Source of the DNA: a plasmid | Reading direction: 5' to 3' (one strand) | Assembly: GCF_056746865.1 (NCBI RefSeq) | Contig: NZ_JBWKMP010000003.1 | DNA: 64,000 nt | Shown here: positions 8,324-17,718 of the stretch, piece by piece | Numbering within the stretch: position 1 is the stretch's first letter | Layout of the letters: each line of letters opens with the position of its first letter | The notes under the pieces: model-generated | What the model was told of the DNA's origin: nothing | Database searches by the model: none | Seen by the model: only the letters and a program-made list of their open reading frames with translations | Made by a program: the position numbers and the translations under genes

Positions 8324-9410
8324 AAACATCACCGAATTACCAGAGTGGAGAGAGCTGGTAAGCAAATATAGCCATGACTGGGCATTAGCAGCAGAAGAGT
8401 TGATGGGTGTTAAGTTAACCCACCAGCAAAAGCTAATTGTTGAGGCGATTCAACAAAAAGGTTCAGCAGTCAGCGTCACCACTCCTGAAGGGATAGGCCA
8501 AAAGACGGTTATCGCTATAATTAGTATTCTTTATACAATCCTGATGCCTGAGTCTAAAACGGTTATTGTTTCCCCAAAGTTCTATAATTGTCGCAGGCAA
8601 GTTATCCAATACATAAGTACGTATTGGGATAGAGTCAGTAACAGAATCCCATTGCTGGGAGAATATTTTAAAGTCGACGGAAACGGCATCAATCATCGTT
8701 ACCGGGAATATTGGGGCTGCGAAATTAAGCCATATCACCGAAATTATGAGGAAGGTTTCGGTGGATATTATGCTGAACATCTTTTAATCATTGTTACGGA
8801 GGCGGCTCTTGCTGGCGATCGGCTATTCAGCATGTTAAGAGCATCGTTAGTAAGTGACGATTCACGTATACTTTTAATGTCCGCTCCTTCAGAGGAGGAG
8901 CATGGACACTTTTACGATTCCCATCATGGTCGTGCAAAATCAGAAGAAAATCCATGTGGTATTTATACAGCCATCAAGCTGAACGCAGAAGATACCCCCA
9001 TTATTTCACAAGGTTATCTTGATAACATTGCAGAAATATATGGTGGTAAAAACAGCGATTACTACCGTCGCATGATTCTTGGTGAGTTTCCAGGTATTAG
9101 GGAGGCTGTTCTTGAATCAGATATGCCGAAAACAATGCGCTTTTCGATGCCTGATGGTAGTGAATGGATAATGCCATTACGAGTGATAGCCCGGCATCAT
9201 GCACAGCACCACGCCAAAAAACATGGCGTTACAACATTGGAGTGGTTGAAATCGCACACCATTCCACTCTTCACTGCAGATCACAATGCTATCGTTGAGT
9301 GGGCAAAAACAATTCCGTGGGAGAATGTCGCTGAATACGCCCACATGCTAAAACCGCCGAAAGACAGGCAAGAAATTAGCTGGCTGACAGCAGAAAAAAT
9401 CATTGAGTGA
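8304..9410 (+). CDS. terminase-large-subunit ATPase-domain paralog with degenerate Walker motifs
   Basis: Clear similarity to the 1460-2968 ATPase domain (THQQKLIVEAIQ.. vs SHQQQQIIQSVQ..; FYDSHHGRAKSEENP vs FYESHHSRAKAEGNP), but Walker A reads TTPEGIGQKT and Walker B IVTEAA; no nuclease-domain counterpart. Confidence 0.6.
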   Translation: MLMLTPKNITELPEWRELVSKYSHDWALAAEELMGVKLTHQQKLIVEAIQQKGSAVSVTTPEGIGQKTVIAIISILYTILMPESKTVIVSPKFYNCRRQVIQYISTYWDRVSNRIPLLGEYFKVDGNGINHRYREYWGCEIKPYHRNYEEGFGGYYAEHLLIIVTEAALAGDRLFSMLRASLVSDDSRILLMSAPSEEEHGHFYDSHHGRAKSEENPCGIYTAIKLNAEDTPIISQGYLDNIAEIYGGKNSDYYRRMILGEFPGIREAVLESDMPKTMRFSMPDGSEWIMPLRVIARHHAQHHAKKHGVTTLEWLKSHTIPLFTADHNAIVEWAKTIPWENVAEYAHMLKPPKDRQEISWLTAEKIIE

Positions 9411-9416
9411 TAGTAG

Positions 9417-9447
9417 GAAGCCCGCCTGGTTGAGCGGGCTTCTTTTC
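9417..9447 (+). terminator. intrinsic terminator after the rightward dut operon
   Basis: GAAGCCCGC-ctggttga-GCGGGCTTC hairpin followed by TTTTC. Confidence 0.5.
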
Positions 9448-9826
9448 AAATATTGGAACCATATAGTTCACGTAGTTTATCCGCTACTGAAGATACGGGG
9501 ATTTCACCAGTTGCAGCCCCCACCGCAAGTTCCACCAGCACGGGAGAATCATATACCTGTATACCGTTACGGCGTAGAAATAGCAGCGCACTGTTTAGCG
9601 CGGTACGCTTATTGGCATCATTGAATATATGCCCTCTCGCTGTAGCCACCAGGTAGGTGGCGGAGACTTCGAAAAGGTCGGTGATCTCTTCGTAGGCAAC
9701 TCTGGCCTGAACTCTCCCGATAATGGCCTCTGCCCTGCCCGGATCTGACATGCCAGGCAGGCCGCCGTAGCGGCTTATATTCGCATCATGAAGCGCAATA
9801 AGTTCTTCCGGTGATATATGCCTCAT
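9446..9826 (-). CDS. doc: Doc toxin (Fic/Doc family kinase)
   Basis: 126 aa; Fic motif HIFNDANKR; close match to P1 Doc as recalled; overlaps the phd stop. Confidence 0.9.
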
Positions 9827-10047
9827 TATCGGTTAACCAGTTCCTTGTTGGTGGAGTCCAGGGTGTCAAACAGGGATGCAAATTCAGCATCCAGCGCCGC
9901 TTTTTTGTAGGCTTCGAAAGTAGCCTTGCTGACAATTACTGCTGGCTCACGGCCTCTGCGGGTGATTTCAACCTCTTCCCCGGCTTCAACATTGTTGAGC
10001 ACTTCAGAAAGGTTGCCACGCGCGGTACGGAAGTTAATGGATTGCAT
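9826..10047 (-). CDS. phd: Phd antitoxin
   Basis: [32 protein letters not shown]...; start taken at the second ATG of the track ORF. Confidence 0.85.
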
Positions 10048-10119
10048 AAACACCTCGTGTACTCGTTATGTGTACACAATTATAAACTTCACAGGCATAA
10101 AGCACCAGCACTTTGCAGC

Positions 10120-10509
10120 TTAAATAACCGGACAATCATCAAATTCCCCACTTCGGGCATCATTGATGACATGAGTGATCACACCAAAAACAGCATTACT
10201 GCCCGTGTATCCATCGTCATCTACTGGTAACGCCTCTTTCTTCCCGGTGCTTAAGTCCTCCAGGTGCTGGCGCGGATACTTCCTGTATCTCTTTATGCGA
10301 TATTCACCCTCCATAGCGCACACAAGCAGAGAACCATCAACCGGAGTAAGCGAGGAATCAACCACCAGCAAAGCACCCTGCAATATTCCCTCACGGTGAT
10401 GGCTATCAGCTGCCCGCATGAAGTAGGTCGCTGAAGGATGTCTAATTATCTGCTGATCAAGAGAAATTCGGCTTTCAACATAATCCGCCGCAGGAGAAGG
10501 GAAGCCCAT
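10120..10509 (-). CDS. humD: UmuD'-like SOS mutagenesis protein HumD
   Basis: 129 aa; S24-peptidase/UmuD-like core (..RAADSH...LLVVDSS..RIKRY..); same neighbourhood as humD in P1. Confidence 0.75.
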   Translation of the reverse strand: MGFPSPAADYVESRISLDQQIIRHPSATYFMRAADSHHREGILQGALLVVDSSLTPVDGSLLVCAMEGEYRIKRYRKYPRQHLEDLSTGKKEALPVDDDGYTGSNAVFGVITHVINDARSGEFDDCPVI

Positions 10510-10632
10510 AGCGTTTTACCTCAATGATACTGTTTATTCATACAGTATACATTGAAAAGGCATAGTTTGTGAAAGCGGGGTTTGTAGGCGCGCCACGCTG
10601 GGGGCTAATCACATTTCTCCCCCATCTTGCCG

Positions 10633-10884
10633 TTATTTTTTTGGTGCATCCTCGTTCTGATACACCGGATCGCTCCCTTTTGGCAACTGGAGGCTTAACT
10701 GCCGATAGTGCCGTAACCGTTCCATGAAATAGGTGCGCAGATTCTCTGGTTGCTCGCGGGCTACCTGTTCAGCTATGACAGGTATGTTCAATCGCTCTTT
10801 GTACGCCACACCGCTGGCAGCCAGATCAACGTTAACCTTATCCCGTTCTTCCTGACTTTTAGCTGCAATATTCCAGTCGCTCAT
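10633..10884 (-). CDS. hot: DNA polymerase III theta-subunit homolog (Hot)
   Basis: [36 protein letters not shown] closely parallels the HolE theta sequence. Confidence 0.7.
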   Translation of the reverse strand: MSDWNIAAKSQEERDKVNVDLAASGVAYKERLNIPVIAEQVAREQPENLRTYFMERLRHYRQLSLQLPKGSDPVYQNEDAPKK

Positions 10885-10886
10885 AT

Positions 10887-11153
10887 TTAAGGCTCACATT
10901 TCCAGATGGTATTCTGAACACCCGAACCGGGCGCAAGATTAGGGTTGGCGTTCGCGCTATGCTGATATACTGCTTTAGACTTCCCATATTGCTGACAGGC
11001 TTTATCTGCGGTTTTTTGCAGGCTATCCAGGCCATACCAACCATCTGACTGTATGCTTACCTTTTCACCGTCGTTGTATTGCACCATTGCACACCCAGAT
11101 ATAGCCAGTATCGCACCGACAATAACGCTTTTCCATAAAACTCTATGCAACAT
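10887..11153 (-). CDS. putative lipoprotein
   Basis: Signal peptide with lipobox (LAISGC); GAGGGGA Shine-Dalgarno; start at the ATG rather than the track's TTG. Confidence 0.45.
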   Translation of the reverse strand: MLHRVLWKSVIVGAILAISGCAMVQYNDGEKVSIQSDGWYGLDSLQKTADKACQQYGKSKAVYQHSANANPNLAPGSGVQNTIWKCEP

Positions 11154-11198
11154 ATACAAAAATCCCCTCTGTGAATTGAGGGGATTTTAGCATGGTGA

Positions 11199-11834
11199 TC
11201 AGATATCGGCCTTATTCGGAATTTTATCAGCCACCAGCGGCAATAAAGCCTTCGCCATTTCATGAACCAACATGGCATCAATGACGCCTAGCGTATGGCC
11301 CGGTTTAATGTTTAATGCCGCCTCAAGATGACTCCTTTCCAGGCCGCTTTTCTCGGCTTGTTTATGACGATCTGGTGTAATAACTTCGCCCAAAACGCGG
11401 CTAATTTTTTCTCGTAATTGCTGGGTGCCAGCACACTTGATCGCTGTATCGTGGAGACGGTTAACCAGTTCGCGATAAACATGCGGCTTAATGCGGATAC
11501 GTTCACCGGTGACGCCCTTTCCTGGCGCTGGCACCGAACTATCCGGATAGTTGCCAGCCTCGTAAGCTACCCGCAGCCAGTGCATGAATGTTTCAGTGGA
11601 CACACAACCACAGTCCACATCGATTTTTCCGCGTTGCTGTTCCAGCCACTGCTCAAAATTCAATCTACACGTATTACTTTCATGTTGCTCTTTTTGTCTC
11701 AAGGCCAGCATCTGCTGGGCTATTTCCAATACTTCATCTGCCGTATATCCAGCACCGTGACCATACATTTCGATACGGGAAATAATCTCTGATATACGCT
11801 CTTCAGTGATTCTGGTCATTTCTTTTTGCGCCAT
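11199..11834 (-). CDS. hypothetical protein
   Basis: 211 aa; C-terminal segment (HVYRELVNRLHD..GTQQLREK) is shared with the C-terminus of the DUF4406 protein at 23758-24369. Confidence 0.45.
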   Translation of the reverse strand: MAQKEMTRITEERISEIISRIEMYGHGAGYTADEVLEIAQQMLALRQKEQHESNTCRLNFEQWLEQQRGKIDVDCGCVSTETFMHWLRVAYEAGNYPDSSVPAPGKGVTGERIRIKPHVYRELVNRLHDTAIKCAGTQQLREKISRVLGEVITPDRHKQAEKSGLERSHLEAALNIKPGHTLGVIDAMLVHEMAKALLPLVADKIPNKADI

Positions 11835-12187
11835 TTCTTTTCACATTCCTTAGTCCATTTTTCAATGTTCATTTTGGCAATATCAGTCATTCCATCACCT
11901 AAGAAATACTTTTTCCGGTATGTCTTGCACTTAAACCACACTACAACAGCCACCAGCCAGAAAATAAAAGGCCATACAGCAATACCAACGACAGCCGCGA
12001 TAAAGCCCAATAGCCATAAATGAAGCTCTCCAACTTCTGTTTCCGGCAATATTCTTAAAGAATTAAACAGCAGGCTGAACGAATGGTCGTATGCATTGGC
12101 GGTATAAGACATGCAATCCATATAATTAAAGTCATAGCCTGCGGCTGCCGCCCATAATGGGCGGTCAAGAAAATGTTTTAGTGTCAT
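11816..12187 (-). CDS. putative membrane protein
   Basis: Two strongly hydrophobic segments (LWLLGFIAAVVGIAVWPFIFWLVAVVVWF); short overlap with the downstream gene. Confidence 0.4.
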   Translation of the reverse strand: MTLKHFLDRPLWAAAAGYDFNYMDCMSYTANAYDHSFSLLFNSLRILPETEVGELHLWLLGFIAAVVGIAVWPFIFWLVAVVVWFKCKTYRKKYFLGDGMTDIAKMNIEKWTKECEKKWRKKK

Positions 12188-12196
12188 TATATAAAT

Positions 12197-12490
12197 TTAA
12201 GGTTCAGACCAGTTATCTTCAATAGCAATGCTTAATCTTTGTAGCCATTCTGCTAATTTCAGCATTGCTTCTCTTTCGCTTAAACCACGAGGAAAATCAT
12301 CAAGCGAAATTGTTGGCTTGAATCCCCCGCAATTATCCATTTCAACTGTCAGATTTTGTTCCAGCACGGTATTTCTTACGCGGCTATTGTGCCGAAGCAA
12401 ATATACTGAGCGTGATTTATTGGTTTTGTGGTCTAGCTTATATTCGGTAAGTATCATCTGGCTTTTGCCATGATTATTACCTCTCCACAT
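12197..12490 (-). CDS. hypothetical protein
   Basis: Start at the internal ATG with GTGAGG Shine-Dalgarno; the upstream part of the track ORF is the alternate frame of a separate small ORF. Confidence 0.4.
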   Translation of the reverse strand: MWRGNNHGKSQMILTEYKLDHKTNKSRSVYLLRHNSRVRNTVLEQNLTVEMDNCGGFKPTISLDDFPRGLSEREAMLKLAEWLQRLSIAIEDNWSEP

Positions 12491-12497
12491 ACTTACC

Positions 12498-12620
12498 TCA
12501 CTTAATAAAACAACTCCATGCGTAGTTGATGATTTTTTCCCACGTAATATAAATCTGCACTCCGGCAGTAAAACCAAAGCCAACAATTGCTGAAAAAATC
12601 AAAACATTTACTTTTGACAT
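12498..12620 (-). CDS. small hydrophobic peptide (40 aa)
   Basis: MSKVNVLIFSAIVGFGFTAGVQIYITWEKIINYAWSCFIK; ORF found by eye, below the track's size cutoff. Confidence 0.25.
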   Translation of the reverse strand: MSKVNVLIFSAIVGFGFTAGVQIYITWEKIINYAWSCFIK

Positions 12621-12668
12621 TATAAATTTTCTCTCGGTGTCGTAGGTGATAGCACCATAATTGATAAT

Positions 12669-12902
12669 TTAGTGAGTTAGCAGTTCCATTTTTTTGATGA
12701 TTTCCGCATGAGCATCATCGTTATCAACACTTAGCTCGTTTAATGCTTCTCGCACTACATCAACTTCTTCAGGCTGAAAGAAGTCGTCGCGGTAATCACC
12801 AAATAGAACCGAAACCAGCCTGCCACCAGCAACATCAAGATTGGCGCTAACAGGTGGCTCTTTGCCATCCTCAAATTCGACTACAAAAGTTAATTTTCCC
12901 AT
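12669..12902 (-). CDS. hypothetical protein
   Basis: 77-aa acidic ORF in the operon frame chain. Confidence 0.4.
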   Translation of the reverse strand: MGKLTFVVEFEDGKEPPVSANLDVAGGRLVSVLFGDYRDDFFQPEEVDVVREALNELSVDNDDAHAEIIKKMELLTH

Positions 12903-12978
12903 CGTTACCCCCAGAAGATAAAAATAGCGGCAATCGCCATAGCTACGCCTACAATCGCAAATGCTTCAGGCCAGCTTA

Positions 12979-13239
12979 TTACCTCACCTCCAGTCTCCAT
13001 ACCGCCTGACCAATCCGGCTGGCATGGGTATCTTTGGATACTGTTCCATCTTTAGCCAGCTCCATAAGAATTTTGCGCAAATCTGCCGAACGCCATTCTT
13101 CATCAGGAAATTCCTTCTCCATTGCCAACCGCAGATTCCAGGTTGCTATCGTGAATGGATATTCCCCGCCGAGAGCTTTCTCTTGCAGGGCAGCACGGGA
13201 ACGTATCACCTGCAAAACCTTCTCTTTTACATCCATCAT
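12979..13239 (-). CDS. hypothetical protein
   Basis: Start at ATG with AGGAGG Shine-Dalgarno (MMDVKEKV..); overlaps the stop of the upstream gene. Confidence 0.35.
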   Translation of the reverse strand: MMDVKEKVLQVIRSRAALQEKALGGEYPFTIATWNLRLAMEKEFPDEEWRSADLRKILMELAKDGTVSKDTHASRIGQAVWRLEVR

Positions 13240-13934
13240 TTTGCCTCCTGCGGCGGTTCTGGTAGCGGCATCCAGTGTGATGGTATCCACGACGCACCAG
13301 GTATTACCCACCCATCATTAGCGTCAGGATGCCCCGGGATGTAAGTCGCCCATTTCATTCGCCAGTCACCTTTCCTGTCAAACTCCCTGGCAACAAGAAC
13401 GGCTGTTTTGGTATCCGGCATTCGCTCACTACAGCTTATCCAACTATCCGGAATTACCGGATAGTTGCCCGACAGCTTGTTCAACTTGTAAGTCTGGCTT
13501 ACAGGTTTGGCACCATGAAGCATGGCGTCGCTCCGCTCTATGCCATCCAGCGCGATTCGCAGTGCCTGAATTGTGGTAGAGCTATCGTTTGGGGCTATTC
13601 CATATCGCTCGAATACAGCTAAATGGTTGCGCATAATCTCAGGCGTAAGCTCTTTGTAAGCATAAGCAAGAGACTCTGATGCATTATCCGGCACAACCGA
13701 CGCAAGCGCGGCAGCATAAACAGGAATAACGTCCACTTGCTCTTTATTGCTTTCATCCGTTAAAGCCCAGAATAATTTCCCGGCCGGATGTTTGAAAATA
13801 TAAGCAATTGGTTCTGCTTCCAGCGATGCCAGAGCAATTTCATACGACCGTCGCTCAATATTGTCTCGCACGTCCAGGCTGCTGATACGCTCTTTGATTT
13901 CTTTAATCAGTTCTTTGTCGGTTAAAGTGGTCAT
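13236..13934 (-). CDS. DUF551-domain protein
   Basis: C-terminal segment (TAVLVAREFDRKGDW...WIPSHWMPLPEPP) matches the DUF551 signature as recalled. Confidence 0.5.
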   Translation of the reverse strand: MTTLTDKELIKEIKERISSLDVRDNIERRSYEIALASLEAEPIAYIFKHPAGKLFWALTDESNKEQVDVIPVYAAALASVVPDNASESLAYAYKELTPEIMRNHLAVFERYGIAPNDSSTTIQALRIALDGIERSDAMLHGAKPVSQTYKLNKLSGNYPVIPDSWISCSERMPDTKTAVLVAREFDRKGDWRMKWATYIPGHPDANDGWVIPGASWIPSHWMPLPEPPQEAK

Positions 13935-13944
13935 AAATTATGCC

Positions 13945-14181
13945 TCAGTTGTATCCGATTGGATTAACCGCAACAAGAACGCCATCCGCGAACAAATCTT
14001 TAATGAGGTGTTCGCTCGGCTCGCCTTTTTCGTACTCTTCAATAAGGTAAGTGTCTCCATCTTCATTGATATAAACAGGAAGGATGGAGCCGTTGATAAA
14101 GTAGGTTCCGTTGTTATCGAGGATTTTTGCCTCGGCGATTTGTTTTTTGGTAAAACGCTCTTCTTTTGTCAAAGTTGCCAT
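13945..14181 (-). CDS. hypothetical protein
   Basis: Start at the internal ATG (MATLTKEERF..). Confidence 0.35.
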   Translation of the reverse strand: MATLTKEERFTKKQIAEAKILDNNGTYFINGSILPVYINEDGDTYLIEEYEKGEPSEHLIKDLFADGVLVAVNPIGYN

Positions 14182-14182
14182 A

Positions 14183-14401
14183 TCAGCTTTCCTTATATGG
14201 GTTGATTTTGTTGTGCAATGTGTTGAACGACGCCCATACCACGTCGTTATACAATTCAATAACTGGCTCAATTATTTTCCCGATTCCCCATACCAGAATT
14301 AACGGGGATATCGGTATCATCAACACGATAAACAGAATGAGAAACAGAAATTCTGTTATTCGGCTTCTTTGCGGATATTCTTTTCTGAATAATGTTGGCA
14401 C
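14183..14401 (-). CDS. small membrane protein
   Basis: GTG start after AAGGAGAG; hydrophobic core ITEFLFLILFIVLMIPISPLILVWGIG. Confidence 0.35.
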   Translation of the reverse strand: MPTLFRKEYPQRSRITEFLFLILFIVLMIPISPLILVWGIGKIIEPVIELYNDVVWASFNTLHNKINPYKES

Positions 14402-14402
14402 A

Positions 14403-14624
14403 TCACTCTCCTTTGCCCGCAGCTTTCGCCTGCTCTTTAGCAAGTCGCTCCGCTTCTCTGAAATCCCAATCCACTCGATGTGCGATATCAATTGCAGAAC
14501 GCACGGTTCGTTCAATTAGCGTATCCAGGTTATCAATTGTCATTGCCATATCTGGATTTCGAGATAAAATCTCCGCCCTCTGAATCTGCCAGTTGTTACA
14601 GGTTTCAAGTAATGAGTTAGCCAT
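14403..14624 (-). CDS. hypothetical protein
   Basis: ATG preceded by AAGGAGA (MANSLLETCNNWQ..). Confidence 0.4.
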   Translation of the reverse strand: MANSLLETCNNWQIQRAEILSRNPDMAMTIDNLDTLIERTVRSAIDIAHRVDWDFREAERLAKEQAKAAGKGE

Positions 14625-14625
14625 A

Positions 14626-14814
14626 TCACTCTCCTTTAGTGCGCAAGTGGTTTTTCCAGCGGTTTTGCGCCGCGCTGGGCTTTTTGCAAAAACCACAATC
14701 CATCATCCCGTAATATTTCATCAACCCCATCCGTCGGTTGCTGAGTCTCACCCACTGCCAGACGCCAGGAGCGTTTCTACGAACTAACAGAATCTTTGCT
14801 TTACGGTTTTTCAT
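14626..14814 (-). CDS. small basic protein (MKNRKAK family, copy 1)
   Basis: 62 aa, Lys/Arg-rich, with CGFC; start overlaps the stop of copy 2 (ATGA). Confidence 0.4.
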   Translation of the reverse strand: MKNRKAKILLVRRNAPGVWQWVRLSNRRMGLMKYYGMMDCGFCKKPSAAQNRWKNHLRTKGE

Positions 14815-14987
14815 CTTACAGCGTACCCTTTCTTCCGCCTGTTCTGTGACGCAGTAGGCTTACGCTTTGCGGCAAAAGCCACCTGACCAAATGGATGGAG
14901 TACCGCTATCTTATGGTTGCTAATAACCAGCTCCACCACACGCACAGGTCGCTGTAAAAAAAGTCGTTTTGCCTTACGGTTTTTCAT
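14811..14987 (-). CDS. small basic protein (MKNRKAK family, copy 2)
   Basis: 58 aa (MKNRKAKRLFLQRPVRV..); AGGAGAG Shine-Dalgarno; found by eye, below the track cutoff. Confidence 0.35.
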   Translation of the reverse strand: MKNRKAKRLFLQRPVRVVELVISNHKIAVLHPFGQVAFAAKRKPTASQNRRKKGYAVR

Positions 14988-15079
14988 CGCTTTGCTCTCC
15001 TGCGTCTCTTTGCTGCTCGTCGTGCCGCTGCAATACCGGTATGGCGGCGCTTTGGTGCCGGGATGATGTTGTCAGCCAT
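14984..15079 (-). CDS. tiny Arg-rich ORF (31 aa)
   Basis: MADNIIPAPKRRHTGIAAARRAAKRRRRAKR; stop overlaps the next ATG; no clear Shine-Dalgarno. Confidence 0.2.
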   Translation of the reverse strand: MADNIIPAPKRRHTGIAAARRAAKRRRRAKR

Positions 15080-15159
15080 CAGGACATACGGCTTTGCAAT
15101 TAGCGCAGAAGCCCAAAAACGAGTCGGGTACGGTAACAAGCCGATACATGCCACACGCA

Positions 15160-15912
15160 TTACTCACCTCCTTTGATGCGAATGCCTGCGGCGCGGATTG
15201 CAGCGATGACTTCAGAAACTTTGTATGCCATTACCGTTTGGTAATCATCGTGAAAATCTGTTCGATGAAGCATGCTGCTACGTTCCGGGAGCGATATTTC
15301 CCGAGCATCCAGTTCCTTAACGCGTTCCTCCAGTTCGTAGACCCTGCATTGTTCTCTATCATCAATCAGATATACCCCAAGACATTCGCTTTCTACCCAA
15401 CCGCCAAAATCATGATCGTAACGCTCACATGAAAACTCACCGTCACCGTCCTTTGTTGGAATGGTGTAACTATCTAATGGGCCACCATATGTCGGCACAT
15501 TTCCCAATGTTGGATGCTCAATCCACATGAAAAATGCACGTCCGGTTATTGGGCAAATATCTGGCCGCCATTGGTTACGAACAGCCTTGGTTTCGGATAA
15601 TTCTTCAGCGTGTTGTTTTACTTCCTCAAGCTCAACTCTCAGCTTCCCTACCGTTAGCGCAATATCCTCGTTCTCCTGATCGCGGCGTTTTATGTATTGC
15701 TGGTTTCTTTCCCGTTCATCCAGCAGCGCCAGCACGGTTTCTGGTCCGGTCAGAAATTTGAAGGCGTTGAGCGCATCAATATCCACACCGTAATCTTTAA
15801 GTTCCTGTTCACTTAACAAATCATCATCAGCTGGCAACATTAACAGGCGTTCCATTGCTGGAATTGCACGTTCCGCCGCCTCACGCAGTGCCTGGTAATT
15901 AATTTCGCTCAC
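15160..15912 (-). CDS. Ea22-like family protein
   Basis: Contains [35 protein letters not shown] and the C-terminal [10 protein letters not shown] typical of Ea22-like prophage proteins; GTG start overlaps the upstream stop. Confidence 0.6.
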   Translation of the reverse strand: MSEINYQALREAAERAIPAMERLLMLPADDDLLSEQELKDYGVDIDALNAFKFLTGPETVLALLDERERNQQYIKRRDQENEDIALTVGKLRVELEEVKQHAEELSETKAVRNQWRPDICPITGRAFFMWIEHPTLGNVPTYGGPLDSYTIPTKDGDGEFSCERYDHDFGGWVESECLGVYLIDDREQCRVYELEERVKELDAREISLPERSSMLHRTDFHDDYQTVMAYKVSEVIAAIRAAGIRIKGGE

Positions 15913-16571
15913 TGGTTGCCTCCTTTGCGAAGCTGGGCAGCAAAGTCAACTAACCACTCAGTCATTTCAACCTTCCCTACCAGGTCGGAACCAGGGTGCA
16001 TACAGCAATCACTCTGCGCCGCTTTGAAATCCTTACACTCATATTCTTTGGCCACCAGATTTTTTGCAGCTTCTATAGCAGCATCCACCCCCTGCGCCCG
16101 CACTTCAGCCAGAAAAGCATCGGTAGCTGGAGTTTCGCTGTGGTGTAGGGCATCGTTGATAATCATTGCAGCAACACCAGCCTGCCCTGCATCCGTGACC
16201 GACACATGCTCAAGAGTTACGGCCATTGCGTGTTTCAGCCCAGCGTTCTCTGCCACCAGCGCAGCGATATTAGTCTCAAGCTCTGAAATTCGGCACGTGG
16301 CATCAATATTTGTGTCCTCCAAGCACTTAATTTCACCAAGCAGCTCCAGTGCAACCTTTGGGTTGAACGCGGCAACATGACGAGCGTTGTTCTCTGCATT
16401 TTTCTGTCCATCAAAGCCGGTCCATTTGATAACGTCTTCACATCGTTCATCACCGGGCGTGTGCACCGCATAAGTACCAGTATCCGTCGAAATAAATGCG
16501 ACCCATTCGTCTGGTGTTGCCTTTTCTGCCGCCTCACGCAGTACCTGATAGTCAATTGTCATTCTCGCCAT
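15909..16571 (-). CDS. accessory protein, [13 protein letters not shown] / QLRKGGNQ paralog family
   Basis: Shares the TDAFLAE(V/I)RA motif and C-terminal QLRKGGNQ with 21036-21803, 22951-23454 and 17200-17439. Confidence 0.5.
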   Translation of the reverse strand: MARMTIDYQVLREAAEKATPDEWVAFISTDTGTYAVHTPGDERCEDVIKWTGFDGQKNAENNARHVAAFNPKVALELLGEIKCLEDTNIDATCRISELETNIAALVAENAGLKHAMAVTLEHVSVTDAGQAGVAAMIINDALHHSETPATDAFLAEVRAQGVDAAIEAAKNLVAKEYECKDFKAAQSDCCMHPGSDLVGKVEMTEWLVDFAAQLRKGGNQ

Positions 16572-17203
16572 CCTTCACAGTTGTAATCACTACAGCCTTC
16601 AAAATCATATGGGCTGTACTGCCAGGTTATTTTTCCGCAATGCGGACAATTCCAACGCACCTTCCCGCTTCGCGACTTCTTTCTTCTGTTCTGCTCTTTC
16701 AACCAGTCAGGCATGATCAAACCTGCGCCCTGAACCATTGTTCTGCGGTTAAAGTTATTGATATTGAACGTCCGGCGCTTTGCTGCATCAGCAATGGAAA
16801 ATGGCAACCAAACTATTCCTGGTTCGTTTTTGTTGGCGACGCTAAAGATGGTCGCTTTACTGAAGTCATCTGTTGGCAATCCACCGTGTTGAAGCCAGTA
16901 AACATCGTTGCCGTTCCAGCTACCTTTTTTGTAGGCCACATACGCAGTGCAATCTGACTCAATCAGGCTTTCTGTAGGGATGTACTGGCAATCAACGTGC
17001 CACACAGCCATTGCATCCACGCTATCAGCGCAAACAGGCTGATCGATATCTCGCCCACAATTCCAGGCTTTTTGGGCTTCTTCCAGCGTGTAAACATGAG
17101 CGCGATCGATATCAGAGCTATAACCATTGCCGTTATGGCAATGGAATGAGGCGTTATTACCCACAGTTTCACGCAAGCACATCATGTAAAAACGGTTACT
17201 CAC
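16559..17203 (-). CDS. zinc-ribbon protein
   Basis: GTG start overlapping the upstream stop after AAGGAGG; C-terminal CPHCG...CEGW zinc ribbon. Confidence 0.45.
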   Translation of the reverse strand: MSNRFYMMCLRETVGNNASFHCHNGNGYSSDIDRAHVYTLEEAQKAWNCGRDIDQPVCADSVDAMAVWHVDCQYIPTESLIESDCTAYVAYKKGSWNGNDVYWLQHGGLPTDDFSKATIFSVANKNEPGIVWLPFSIADAAKRRTFNINNFNRRTMVQGAGLIMPDWLKEQNRRKKSRSGKVRWNCPHCGKITWQYSPYDFEGCSDYNCEGWRE

Positions 17204-17439
17204 TGGTTGCCTCCTTGGCGGAGTTGCGCTGCGATGCATGAAAAAAAAGACTCCCGAGTGTGACAGTTAAGAGCTGGTGCGAACGCCGCGTTAAGAACGG
17301 CGGCATCACAGCCGTCATCAATATAGAGCGCAATTTTTTTCTCCAGGCGCGCTTTGGCTTCCTGCAACTGCATACCCCGGCACGCACGCGGGATATAATC
17401 AGCAATTTGAGCGATAGCTTTTTCGTTCTGTTTAAACAT
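17200..17439 (-). CDS. small protein with C-terminal AAQLRQGGNQ
   Basis: 79 aa; its conserved C-terminal codons double as the Shine-Dalgarno for the next gene. Confidence 0.45.
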   Translation of the reverse strand: MFKQNEKAIAQIADYIPRACRGMQLQEAKARLEKKIALYIDDGCDAAVLNAAFAPALNCHTRESFFSCIAAQLRQGGNQ

Positions 17440-17635
17440 GCTTCACCTCGATAGGCTTGATGGTGTCTAACAGCAGTCGGCGGCGCGTATTTTCTGCAAA
17501 ATGGCGGCGTCCAGTTTCTTTGTGGTAAAACTCGTTTTTGCCGACGACCCACATCCGCTCTGTTTGGTGCAGTTTTTTTACCTTCGGGCCATCTTTGGTG
17601 ATCACGGTACCGGTATGGGTTTTTACGATTGTCAT
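17432..17635 (-). CDS. hypothetical protein
   Basis: 67-aa basic ORF within the operon chain. Confidence 0.35.
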   Translation of the reverse strand: MTIVKTHTGTVITKDGPKVKKLHQTERMWVVGKNEFYHKETGRRHFAENTRRRLLLDTIKPIEVKHV

Positions 17636-17718
17636 GCCACTACCTATTCGAACAGATGAACGAGACAGGCCGATGCTCGTCCACCTGAAAAACTGACGAT
17701 TTGATGCATACTCACGGT

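Noticed and set aside
15916-16586. Plus-strand ORFs antisense to the Ea22-like cluster
   Set aside because: Antisense to a tightly coupled chain of minus-strand genes; Ser/Ala-rich low-complexity translations.
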